DNA from: the human T2T-CHM13v2.0 reference genome, Homo sapiens
NCBI RefSeq assembly: GCF_009914755.1
Contig: NC_060929.1
Length of the DNA: 64,000 nt
Direction: 5' to 3' (one strand)
Under the pieces are notes generated by a model. That model saw nothing but the letters and a program-made list of their open reading frames with translations, was not told the DNA's origin and did no database searches. Position 1 is the stretch's first letter; the number at the start of each line of letters is the position of its first letter. The position numbers were made by a program, and so were the translations under genes. This document shows, in pieces, positions 18,951 through 29,666 of the stretch.

Positions 18951-20086
18951 TCGTAATCGAGGAGGAAAATCCCAACAAAAAATTTTAACACCACAAAACA
19001 ACTCCCAAATGAAAACCTGGCATTCAGTGGTGCAAATACATGGAAAAGCTCCCCTCTAGGTTAGAAGATAGAAATTACTTGTATGTTTGTGGCAAAATTT
19101 TCAGCAGTTGCTGACAGCCGACCTCCCTGTGTTAATCAGGGTGAATGGCTGAGCCTGTGCCCTGCTTCTTAGCCTGTGTTGAATGATTTAAAATGCTTTT
19201 GATACTCATGGCTTGCCCACTTGTTTTCCCCTACTTCTCTGAATTCCATCACTGTGTCTGTCTTAGGGTTATTTGAAATACCTAAGGCTGGCCATTATTT
19301 TTTGTTAAACTTCTGATAAGTGGGTAAAAGGCAATTTCATTGAAAAACTCATTTTTCAGAGCCTCAAAGAAGGGCTGGGTCATCTTATTAAAAAGGCGTT
19401 TAATAAATTCAGTAGGGCTCTCTCTGAGAAGCTGGGTGCTTGTTTTACTCTGGCCCCGGGGCTTCTGCTAGTCCTTGTCATGCAAAGCAAGAGGAACCGG
19501 AAATTGAAAGAGTGGTAAACCGGGAAAGAGGGTAGAGAAAGAGGAGAAAGCAGGAGGATGTGGAAATTCAAAGGCAGGTGGGCTAGGGGAGGGAAAGCAC
19601 TGGGCTCAAGGTGAAAACTCCACTTCTTTGCCTATTGCCAGGGGTTTGAGCATCCCTACCACCTCCTGACATTACTACCAGTCCCAAAGTCCCTCTCTCC
19701 CTCATGACTTTGGTCCATCTTGTACCAATACAGCCTGTGTCTACCTGATTTAGTCACCTCTCATGAACAATATGGTCTTTCAGACTTGCTTCATTCAAAA
19801 CATCTGGGCTATTTATCTAGCAAGATAATTGCTTGTCTCTCTTACTGGCTTATATTCATTCTTTTTTTCCCCATTTTATTCAGCTTCCCTCAGGAGCCCT
19901 TTCTTTGCAGAAAAGTCATCTGTCCAACCAGAGTATTAATAGTCAGGGCCCTTAGCGAGGCTGGTCTGGGAGTGGCGCAATTCATACTCCCAGAGCAACT
20001 TGTGGGGAAGAGGGAGGGAAACCACGATCCAGCTCTTTACAATGCATTTTGAGAAAATGTAGAGTTGACCTATGTAGTGGCTGGAA

Positions 20087-20603
20087 CATCCATCCACCCA
20101 CCCATCCATCCATCAACCTACCCACCCATCTTTCCATCAATCCATCAACCCGCCCACCCATTTATCCACCCACCCATTTATCCATCCATCTATCCATCCA
20201 TCCCTCCATCCACCCACCCATCTATCCATCCATCCATCCATTAACCTACCCACCCATCTTTCCATCCATCTATCAACCACCCACCCATTTATCCACCCAC
20301 CCATTTATCCATCCATCCATCCATCCATCCACCCACCCATCTATGCATCCATCCATCCATTAACCCACCCACCCACCTTTCCATCCATCTATCAACCTAC
20401 CCACCCATTTATCCATCCATCCATCCATCCATCCATCCATCCATCCATCCATCCACCCATCCATCCACCCACCCACCCACCTATCCATCCATCCATCCAT
20501 CCATCCATCCATCCACCCACCCACCCACCTATCTATCCACCCATCCATTTATCTATCCATCCATCCATCCATCCATCCATTCATCAATCTACCACCCACC
20601 CAT
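20087..20603. repeat. (ATCC/ACCC)n tetranucleotide satellite, ~520 bp
   Basis: Long run of CATC/CACC units. Confidence 0.97.
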
Positions 20604-20870
20604 CTGTTAATCCTTCAACAAATATCAACTGAGCATCTGTGATGCAGGGGTAGGGTCCTAAGAATACAATGTTTTGCTGAAACAAACCTCCTAGTACTTC
20701 CAGTCTCCTGAAGAGAGGAGCTAATAAAACAGTTCAATGTAAATGATGCAAGTGCTAAGGAGGACCCCTGCAGGTACCATGAGAACCCATAGCGGGCAGA
20801 TTTGACCTGGCCTAGGAGGCCAGGAGGGGTTGCCTGGGGAGGCTGCTTCGGGAGAAGGAGGAGTAGAAAG
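20604..20870 (-). mobile_element. L2 LINE 3' fragment
   Basis: 'ttcaacaaatatcaactgagcatctgtgatg', typical reverse L2 end. Confidence 0.6.
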
Positions 20871-21239
20871 CCCCTCTTCTTTATCATAGCCCTGAGTATA
20901 GCTGGGTCTGGCAGACACTGCTGGTTGCTTCTCCAACACCCACTTCTGCCTTCATTTTTGTTAGGTATCTAGTTTTGTTAGGTATCAGGCATCTAGCCCC
21001 AGGGGATGAGGAGGTATCAGTCTAAGCTAACCATGGTGATCTCACTTGCCTTTTGCCTGTGATTGGTTTAGGAATGTTCTTGACATTGAGGCCTAGCAGA
21101 AGTCTTCAAGGGCTCGGTTGTCAGCTTGGAGTTGGATGTGAACTGACTTTGCAGCATGATCCATGGGTAGGCACACACTTTGGAGCTGACACATTTAGGG
21201 ACTTGGACAGGTACCAAGTAACCCCATCGCTTGAGAGAG

Positions 21240-21460
21240 ACAGAATAGGTGGTTGTTTTCTAGAGCTGGTCCTGTCATTCATCAGCCACATTGAATTTGG
21301 CATGTCTTTTCCTCTTTCTGAGCATGAGTATCTTTTAATGTAAAGTGTCGAGAGGGTCACATGTGCCCTGCTTTCCTCAGTCAACTGTTGTGAGGATGAA
21401 ATAAATGATATTTTTGTTCAAGCATGCCACATGGCTGCAAAGTGCTATTGAAGCGTGAAC
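21240..21460 (+). mobile_element. MIR SINE
   Basis: 'ctgttgtgaggatgaaataaatgata..aaagtgct'. Confidence 0.55.
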
Positions 21461-22039
21461 CACTGTCATTGGCAAGGCTTGATAAATGCTCCACCATCAT
21501 CAGTTGGGGTTACAATTGCTCCTTGGAACCCTCCAGGCTCCTCAGATTTTTCTGAGTGGAGGCCTAATTTCAGATGGACAAGATGCTCCTCTTCCTTGAA
21601 ATGTCTTTTGACTTGGAAACTCATTGCTCTAAGTGGGCTCCGGGAGACTGCCTGGCTCCTTGTGTCACTAGGGTGGAGATTTCCCTTTGTGTGGGAGCCC
21701 AGTGGCTCCCGTATGTGAGTGAAACTCTGAGTCCCTCTTGCCTCAGGATTCAGGATGGGGTCTTTTGCTTCATCAGAAGCCCACAGAACTCAGAGGCCAT
21801 CCAATGGAGGAAATGGGCTACAAAGCCGACCCCAGTGGCTCCTCTCTTTCCATTTGTTAACATAAAGAGTTTGGGTGCGGCAGATGCATGTTTGCTCAGG
21901 GCTGGGCCTGAGCTTTGGCTCCCTTCCCTTTTGGAATTCGGTTCCTTCTACTCTTCTCTATCCCTGCCCACAGAGCTGGTGATGTTGGGCTGCACCTCTT
22001 TTCCAGAACTCTCTGCTGGAAGTACCAGCCTCAGTCTCA

Positions 22040-22250
22040 AGACATGGTATTCAGTAGAACTTTCAATCACGATAGAAATGTCCAATGGATTTCCTTTGTC
22101 CAGTGGTGGTAGCCACAAGCCACATGAGGCTGGCAAACATTTGAAATGTACTCAATGTGACTGAGGCATGAAATTTTTAATATCATTTAATTTCAATTTA
22201 TTTATATTTAAATTGCTACAAGTAGCTACTGTATCAGACAGTACAGGTCT
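22040..22250. mobile_element. MER3 hAT-Charlie element
   Basis: 'tagaactttc..gatagaaatgt..ggtagccacaagccacatg..tttgaaatgt..tgtgactgagg'. Confidence 0.75.
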
Positions 22251-23920
22251 AGAGCTCAATATCCCAATCGTTTCAGTCTCTCCACTGCAATCAAAATTAA
22301 TTTGTCCTGTGTCCCAATCCCAAGGCTCTCTTCTTAGAGAAGCACCAGCAAGACAATCTCATAAACAAATTGCTGTCTATAAATTAAGGCCTTTCTCCCT
22401 TAGGTACATGTGTAGGTTTTGAGTAATGCCACAATTTAGTCAAAGCAGAAACTCAAATGATAGGAATTTGAGAAACTCTAACAGGTAAGTGGTGGGGAAA
22501 AATATTATAAGTATAGAGCTTTAAATGAACTTCAAAACACAGCCTATGGGTGGACACATCCTCCCGAGGACCCTGGGCTGCTTCTAATCTCCTCTTGGCT
22601 TCTTGCAGTCTGGAGAGAGTTAAGGGCAGAAGTGTGAGGATGGGGGCCTGGGAAAGGGCTGGAGGTGGGAGGGTTGGAATGGGCAGAGCCTGAAGGATGC
22701 CAGGGCTCTTGCAAAAGAATCTGGTATGCCAGGCAAAGACAGTTTGTTCCACCCTGGGTGGGTATGGGGCACGAGGGAGTGATTGTTAGGGAGTGATGAT
22801 TACCACTGGGACAGGACTGGAAAGTTAACAATTAAGTTAGAGAGACCAGACATCATATAAAAGGCTGCAAAATGGACTGCGGCACTTTGGGTCAAGTCTT
22901 GGACAGGAATTGCAATTTTACTCTTAACTTTTAATCCCCTCTTTTAAGGAGGGTCCCCCCCTCTGAATTCTTCTATGAATATTGCTTTCTGGATGTTCTT
23001 TTCACCCTGAAACTGAGCTGTGTTTCTGTTTCTCTTGGATGACCATGCAACTGCTTTCAAGTTCCTGCCTGTGATTTCATAGATAGCCACTGGAATCAGA
23101 AGTATCTTTGTAATCCAAACACCAGGTTGGGAAAGGGTGGAGGATGATGGAGGCTGGGTGCAGGGGTCAGGGAAGATCAATCAGAGGAATAAAAGGTCCA
23201 TGAGGTGCACTTAAAGATGAATAGGAAGTGTGTGTACAAACCCTAGGGCTTTGGAATTTCCTTTTAGGGCCTTGGTTTGCCAATTGGTACCACAGATAAA
23301 TCTGCTACTGCCACCTTATCTACTTTATACTATTTGGTTAATTTTTTTTAAAAAAGGATTTCTGGTTAAGCCACTCTTTAGAATGGTGACCTGTTTGCTG
23401 TAAAAAGTTAAAATTATATAAAGTGAAGTGGAGAATATGTCTCAAATCTTTTGAGCAATAATGTTGTCTATGAATACATGTCTATGAATAATGAATACAC
23501 ACACAAATACAAAGTAGCGGCCAAATTTTCCGGGAGCTTTGCAACACAGCTCTGACTACTGGGTGCTTTCTGACCTCTTCAAACTCTTAAAGGAAAGGTC
23601 CACTCAGTACTCAGCATTGCCCTGTTCTCCTTCATTTGCCTTTCCTTCCAGTAAATAGCATGAGGCATTTGGCATGAAGGGGTAGAAGCCAAGACGGGAG
23701 AAAGCACAGAGAAGTCTGAATGGGTCGATTCACCACTTCCAATGTTACCAGATGCTCCTGGGCAGGGCTATTATGCTGTGGGGCACTCTTGTACCCAGAG
23801 CGTTTTGATGACTGATGACACTTCTTCTGCAAGTATTTGCTAATGTTATTGTGAACACTATAAATTTCAGTCGATTTCCATGAAAAACAAAAGCTTCTGC
23901 TGGGCTGAGGCAACTTAAAG

Positions 23921-24197
23921 CAGTGGTTTTTGGTAGGATAATTTTGTCCCCACCTGGAAGACATTTGGCAAAGCCTGGAAACATTATTTTATTGTTACTT
24001 CTGTTGGGGGGAGTTTTGTCCTCCTTGGAACTGTCTGGAGATGTCATTGGTTGTTAGAGCTGGGGTGGGGTGGTGTCCTTCTGGTATTTAGTGGGAGACA
24101 CCAGGAATGCTGCTGAGCATCAAATGATGCACAGAGGAGCCCCACCACCCAAAACGATCCGACCCAGAATGCCTACACTGTTGTTTGAGAAACCCTG
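23921..24197 (+). mobile_element. MER20 hAT-Charlie element with duplicated 5' segment
   Basis: CAGTGGTT...GAGAAACCCTG ends; 'gacatttggcaa..ctggaaacatt' and 'ggaatgctgctgagcatc'. Confidence 0.8.
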
Positions 24198-24729
24198 GCC
24201 CAGAGGGCAAGTTCAGGCTCAGAACTTGACACCAAAGCGGCATGATGGCTCTCAAGGGGCTATCATGTTTCAATGTGGGAAGACTAGTAAGTTCCCCTAG
24301 ATGGCCCCAAGAAGTCCCAGGAAAATTTTGTCTAGGATTTTCTTCAACCAATAACTTCATTGTTTTCCTATCTTCCTGGCTCCTTAACTTCCTCTGAATG
24401 AGAGAGTACAGCCTCAAAGTCGTACATGTCAAGCTCATCTCAGTGGGTCCAGATCCCATTTGCCTGTAGTGTAGACAGAGGGAAGTCAGGGGGCTTGGTT
24501 TCTCCATCTGTAAAATGGAGTCGTAATACTTCATGATCTATTTGCTAAGCAGTCCTGGCAGCCTAGGGTTTCCTTGCCACTGGCAGATGAGAGAAGACCC
24601 AGAGCCTGTCACACATGAGTCCTGCCATGAGGGCTGGGAGGAAGGAGACACAGCAGTAACATTACGGGGCCCAGAAAGCTGTGGCAAGAATTTATGTAGA
24701 GTTGCTTAAGAAAATAAAAGCAAGCACAA

Positions 24730-24870
24730 TATTTCTCTCTCTGATTATAGAAGTAACATAGTCATTGTCGATAATCTCTCAATTACAGAAAACTACAAGG
24801 AGAAAATAAAAATCTCTCATGATTGCACCACTAGGAGATATCAGCTATTAAAAGCTTTGGTATTTTCTTT
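24730..24870 (-). mobile_element. L1ME-type 3' fragment
   Basis: 'attatagaagtaacat..cattgt..acagaaaa..aaaataaaaatc' pattern. Confidence 0.45.
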
Positions 24871-25289
24871 GAGAAAAACAGAAAAGGATGAACATCAGTT
24901 TTTCTGAGCTGGACAGGCTGGGGCGACTGAAACAGCCTTTGAAGACAGCAGAATGTGCCAGTGTAGACATTGACTGGTTTGAGATGATATTCTGTAAACC
25001 AAGATAGTTGAGCCCCTGCCCTGGATGAAACGGACAGTGGGGCAGATGGGTGGTGTGACCGAGGGGCATGAGAACAAGTCCCCCTTACCTTCAGGGTTCA
25101 TGTGGAAAGCATCCTCAGTGTTCGCCTCCATGAATAGGAGAGTTCTTTAGCTGAAAGAGGAAATGATTCATTTTAGCTCCAAGATGACAAAACGGGAGAT
25201 TCCATTTCTGGCTCACTCTGCAGTACGTAGCATGGCTGAACATTGGCCCCTCAGTGATAGGCATGAGACAGCTCTAGTGTTCTGGAATT

Positions 25290-25645
25290 TGTTTTTTGGC
25301 AGCTTTATTTTGAAGTAATTTTAATCTTACAGAAAAGTTATAAAATAGTAAAAAAAAAAAAAATCTCATATACCCTCGACCCACATACCTCAATTGTTAC
25401 TATTTTACCACATCTGATTTATAATCTTTCTTCTCTGTATATAAAAGTTACTTCCTAATTATTTGTGAACTAGTCACAGTCATGATGCATGTTTACCCCT
25501 AAATATTTCAGTGTGTTTTCCTAAGAACAAGGACAATTCTCCTACATAAATGTAGTACAATAATTAACGTAGGAAAATTAACATCGACACAGTATTATTA
25601 CCTAATCTATAGAGCTTACTCAAATTTTGCCAGTTATCCTAGTTG
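25290..25645 (-). mobile_element. L1MC-type 3' fragment
   Basis: 'tttattttgaagtaattttaatcttacagaaaagtt' and 'ttacccctaaatatttcagtgtg..cctaagaacaaggac'. Confidence 0.7.
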
Positions 25646-25819
25646 GGATTAGATTTCATAAAATTTGGTCCTGGAGACTTTAATGAAATTTCTTAACAAA
25701 TTCTGACATAGTTATAGATGAACTGGAATTCTGGGTTTTGTATAAGAACTTTCAGACTCTGGGGACTGACTGGCCTGAGTCTCGGAGGCATGAAGGGACA
25801 ACTGTTAGAGGTATGGATC

Positions 25820-26120
25820 TTTTTTTTTTTTGACAGGGTCTTACTGTGTCTCCCAGGCTGGAGTGCAACGGCGCAATCACAGCTCACTGCAACTTCAACC
25901 TCCCCAGGCTCAGGTGATTCTCCCATTTCACCCGCCCCCTGCCCCAAGTAGCTGGGACTACAGGCACATGTCATTACACCTGGTGAAGTTTTTGTATTTT
26001 TAGTAGAGATGGGGTTTTGCCATGTTGGCCAGGCTGGTCTCAAACTCCTGGCGTCAATGATCTGCCTGCCTCGTACTCCCAAAGTGCTGGGATTATAGGT
26101 GTGAACCACCATGCCCAACC
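25820..26120 (-). mobile_element. Alu SINE (AluJ-like)
   Basis: Poly-T plus a diverged reverse Alu dimer. Confidence 0.92.
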
Positions 26121-26396
26121 TACAGCTACTTTTTAAAATGGGCTTCGATATATATGAACAGCAATTCATAATTTAACGTCCAGTTTTGTCTTGCCCATTC
26201 CAAGCAAAGGCAAATAATCTAACCAGAGTAGCAGACAAAATAATGCTTTTTCTAAGTCTTCAAAATCCAGAATCTTCAGGATTATTCCTTGAGGAAGCCA
26301 GTGCTGAATATCCTCCATGCTGACTCAATGGACAGAGGAGGAGGTGACTGGCAGGAAGCTGTGGTTGGCCACTAGCACCCTCATGCCATTGACAAC

Positions 26397-26442
<46 letters not shown>
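26397..26442. repeat. (CT)7(CA)16 compound microsatellite
   Basis: Read directly from the sequence. Confidence 0.97.
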
Positions 26443-26444
<2 letters not shown>

Positions 26445-27039
26445 ACTTTCTCAACATTGCTGCTGTTGGCACGATCAATCAAGAGCCTGGAAGTCTTTAC
26501 AATCAAAGGCTACCATGTGACAAGGGCCATCTGAGCATAAGACAGCCAGCCCCAAGGCATTTGATAATAAGGGGTCTGTTGGATCCAGAGCCTCTGACAC
26601 AGATGTCTGGGGCACGTTTCTTAGGAGCCACTCATTTTTCTCCATAGGGTGCAGTGACACCAAATTTTCTGTTTAAAAAAATTTTAGATTCTAAGAATTA
26701 TTTTAGAACTTAAAGTTCTCTCTTTGATTAGAGTTGTCCTGTTCTGTTCAGAGCAAATCCTGCTCCGTTCTGTCATCTCCAAAATAAGATCCAGACTGTT
26801 TTTACACTCTTGGCAGAAACACTGAGGGGTCAGCGAGGGAGTGGAGAACCAGGACAAGGGCTGTGCTGGGGGTGGGACATCTGGAACAGCAGATAGCAGC
26901 AGTGAGGGCTTCGGGGCAGGCGGGCATAAAGGGATGGCTTCTGCAGTTCAACAAACACTTATTGAGTGACAGGCCCTGGGCCCACTTGGTCCATTCATCT
27001 ACTATTCATTCAGCATTTAGGAAATGCTTGGCTTACCAC

Positions 27040-27450
27040 TTAGCCCTTGTCATCCTCTGCCCTGGCTCCCACGTCTATTCTTTACCTGCTCTGTGCCCTG
27101 TGAGTCTGACTCCTGTGCCCTCCAGCTTCAAGTAGGGTTCTACCCACAGTGGGTAGAGCATGGAGATGGGCATATCAGGGTATCGATTTCCCTCCCTCCC
27201 TGACTGCCTCAGAGAGTGGTGCTAGCCGTGGTTGTGTATCTTTTACCACAAGACTAGTTAAGCAGTCATGACTCCAGCTATCACTGGGCCCTGGCAAAAT
27301 TCTTCCCTCTCCACTCTTCTTTATGCAGATAGGGGGGTGACAAATTCCCTTGTTCTTCTAACCCTACCCCTGGGCATGTAAAGAGTCTCTACATTCTCTT
27401 CAAAATCCTAGCTGCGCGTGCCATCCTTTTTCTGTCTGACCCTAAGATGG
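27040..27450 (+). mobile_element. Ancient ERVL LTR (LTR16/LTR33-like)
   Basis: 'ctgctctgtgccctg', 'agggggtgaca..ttccc' and 'gtgccatcctttttctgtctgaccct' resemble LTR16-type motifs. Confidence 0.5.
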
Positions 27451-27526
27451 CCCTTGAATATGTGCTAAATTGTGCCTGATTGCTCTGGACAAGCAAGAAA
27501 GGTGTAAAATTTTGTATATACTTCCT

Positions 27527-27590
27527 AACATGAGGATATACCATTATGGGGTGGGGTCCCAACATGAGGATATACCATTATGGGGTGGGG
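27527..27590. repeat. 34-bp period tandem duplication
   Basis: aacatgaggatataccattatggggtgggg is identical at 27527 and 27561. Confidence 0.95.
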
Positions 27591-27649
27591 AGACATAATT
27601 TAATAGAAGCTCCTGGGGGAAATAACTCACAGATTTCATCTTTTATATA

Positions 27650-28290
27650 CTTGAGTATTGTGTGTCAGTCAAAGACCAACCTGATCTCTGGTCACATTAT
27701 TTGAAGTATGGCATCCAGAACAGGGGAGGTGATAGTACTACTTAGTTCTGTGAATTCTACATTAGCTCCCACTTGGAGTACTGTGCTCATTTCCCTGCTC
27801 CTCACTTTAGGAAAAAGCATGTTGTTTATCTCCAAATTCTGTCACATAAAGCAGAAGTTGAGAGAGTTTTTCTTCAAGAGCCAAATAGTAAATATTTTCA
27901 GCTTTGTAGGCTGAAATGTTCCAAGTACTCTGTTACTGTAGTACAAAAGCAGCCGTAGACAACATGTACATGAATAAGCTTGGCTGTGTTCCAATAAAAC
28001 TTTATTTATATAAATAAACAGGCTGGATCTGGCCTGCAGGCATTACTTTGCTGACCTCTGATAGAAGAGTGCAAAATGAATTTATTCTAGAGGTGCCCAG
28101 AAGGCAGAAGTTTGATCAATGTGTAAAAACCATGGGGGGGTAGATTTGTGCTAATTTTAAGATCATTCTAGTGGTGACTACTGTTCCCAAAGAGAATCAT
28201 CTGTTTCATAAGTCAGTGAGTTTCTTGTCATTATAGGGGTTCAAAGCAAAGGCTGAGTGTTTTAGAAGAATTTTCTGCAGAGCATGGAGA
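27650..28290 (+). mobile_element. L3/CR1 LINE fragment split by MER58
   Basis: 'gcatccagaacaggggaggtgatagt..cacttggagtactgtgctca..cctcactttagg' and later 'agtgagtttcttgtcatt..ttcaaagcaaaggctg'. Confidence 0.6.
27852..28060. mobile_element. MER58A hAT-Charlie element
   Basis: 'gccaaatagtaaatattttcagctttg..ggctgtgttccaataaaactttattta..ttgctgacctctg'. Confidence 0.8.
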
Positions 28291-28629
28291 GTAAGTTGGA
28301 TGATGTGGGAGGTAACACTGCCTCACATTTCTGTATCTTCAGCATGGTACAGTGCACACATAGTAAATCTTCTCAGTTCTACGTTCCTAGAGGGAAGGGG
28401 CTGTGTCATATCCATCCTTGCATCCCACCCCCTCCTGAAAGCCTAGTATAGTGCTTTAAATATGGTGGGTGTGACCAATACATTTTTTTTGTCAGCCTGA
28501 CTCTTTAAATCAAATCTTGCTGACAGACTAATTGTACTAATTTGTCTTTAGTACAATCATCACTACCAGCCATATTAAATAATTCAATTACCTCTGATAA
28601 GCTTCAACATTTGAGGACTTTCACCGAAA

Positions 28630-28870
28630 ATAATAGACAACATTTATTAAGTTCTTAAAATATGCCAGCTATCATGCTAAGAACCTTACAGGCATTATCT
28701 TATTTAATGCTCCCCAAAATCTATGAGGTAGGCACTATTATTACCCCTACTTTATTGATGAAGAAACTGAAATTCAGAGAAGACTCATAGCTAAGAAGTT
28801 GCATATCCAAAACTTGAACCGAGATCTCTTTGATGCCAAAGGCTGTGCTCCAACCACAATTCCATTCTGC
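28630..28870 (-). mobile_element. MIR SINE
   Basis: 'ctatgaggtaggcactattattacc..gatgaagaaactgaaattcagaga'. Confidence 0.7.
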
Positions 28871-28877
28871 TTCTGGG

Positions 28878-29090
28878 TCATTCATTTATTCTTTCATTCA
28901 CTCAGTATTCAACCAATAACAATTGGTTGCCTACTATTTGCCAAATAGTATTTTAGGTGCTGATGATAGAGCTGTGGATATAAACAGGTCAAGTCCATGC
29001 TCTGAAGAAACTTACATTCTGGGTGGAATAAAGTGGGAGTTGATACACAATTAACAAATGAGAAAATAATACATGGTAATTCATCACAAG
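28878..29090 (-). mobile_element. L2 LINE 3' fragment
   Basis: (TTCA)n-like tail followed by 'gcctactatttgccaa..ttttaggtgctg..aaacttacattct'. Confidence 0.65.
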
Positions 29091-29248
29091 ACATGAGGAG
29101 ATTAAAAAGACAATAAATATTTCTTGTCACACTAGAATCACAGATATCATCCTAATTGATGAATTTAGCAAGACATGGAGATTAAAAAGATAATAAATAC
29201 TTCTTGTCCACACCAGAACCACAGGTATAAACCTAATTGATGAATTTA
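29087..29248. repeat. ~82-bp diverged tandem duplication
   Basis: Copies start at 29087 and 29169 (caagacatg..gagattaaaaaga..cctaattgatgaattta). Confidence 0.9.
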
Positions 29249-29267
29249 CTGAAGTTCTTTCTTGTTT

Positions 29268-29548
29268 TTTTTTCTTCAACTTTTAAGTCCTGGGGTACAT
29301 GCTCAGGGTGTGCAGGTTTGTTACATAGGTAAACATGTGCCATGGTGGTTTGCGCACAGATCAACCCATCACCCAGGTATTAAGCCCAACATCCATTAGC
29401 TATTCTTCCCGATGCTCTCCCTCCCCACGCCCTGATAGGCCCCAATATGTGTTGTTCCCCCAACCTCCTGCCCTATGTGTCCATGTGTTCTCATCGTTCA
29501 GCTCCCACTTATAAGTGAGAACATGCGGTGTTTGGTTTTCTGTTCCTG
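29268..29548 (-). mobile_element. 5'-truncated L1PA (L1PA12/13-like) 3' end
   Basis: Reverse L1 3'UTR; TSD AGTTCTTTCTTGTTT (29253-29267) / AGCTCTTTCTTGTTT (29549-29563). Confidence 0.9.
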
Positions 29549-29563
29549 AGCTCTTTCTTGTTT

Positions 29564-29666
29564 ACTGACATTAGCCCAAGGTTAGTCTTTTGTCCTGACA
29601 AATTGTCAGATAAACTGACGTTAGGCCAATGTTAGTCTTTAGTCCTGACAAATTGTCAGATAAACT
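29564..29666. repeat. 50-bp tandem duplication, each copy with the palindrome CTGACAA-A-TTGTCAG
   Basis: Copies at 29564-29613 and 29614-29663 differ at 4 positions. Confidence 0.92.

Noticed and set aside
20049-20548. Pro/His/Ser-rich and Trp/Met/Asp/Gly-rich ORFs
   Set aside because: Translations of the (ATCC)n satellite.
20956-20986. Short tandem duplications (also 23465-23490 and ~33732-33752)
   Set aside because: Ordinary slippage products of 10-17 bp.
21574-22164. 196-aa ORF on +
   Set aside because: No recognisable domain, and it runs into a MER3 element; a chance ORF.
22404-22484. Plus-strand 81-nt exon-like segment (tttctcccttag ... CAG|GTAAGT)
   Set aside because: Good splice signals but isolated and with no recognisable coding content. 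It shows that pseudo-exons occur on both strands, so it was not promoted.
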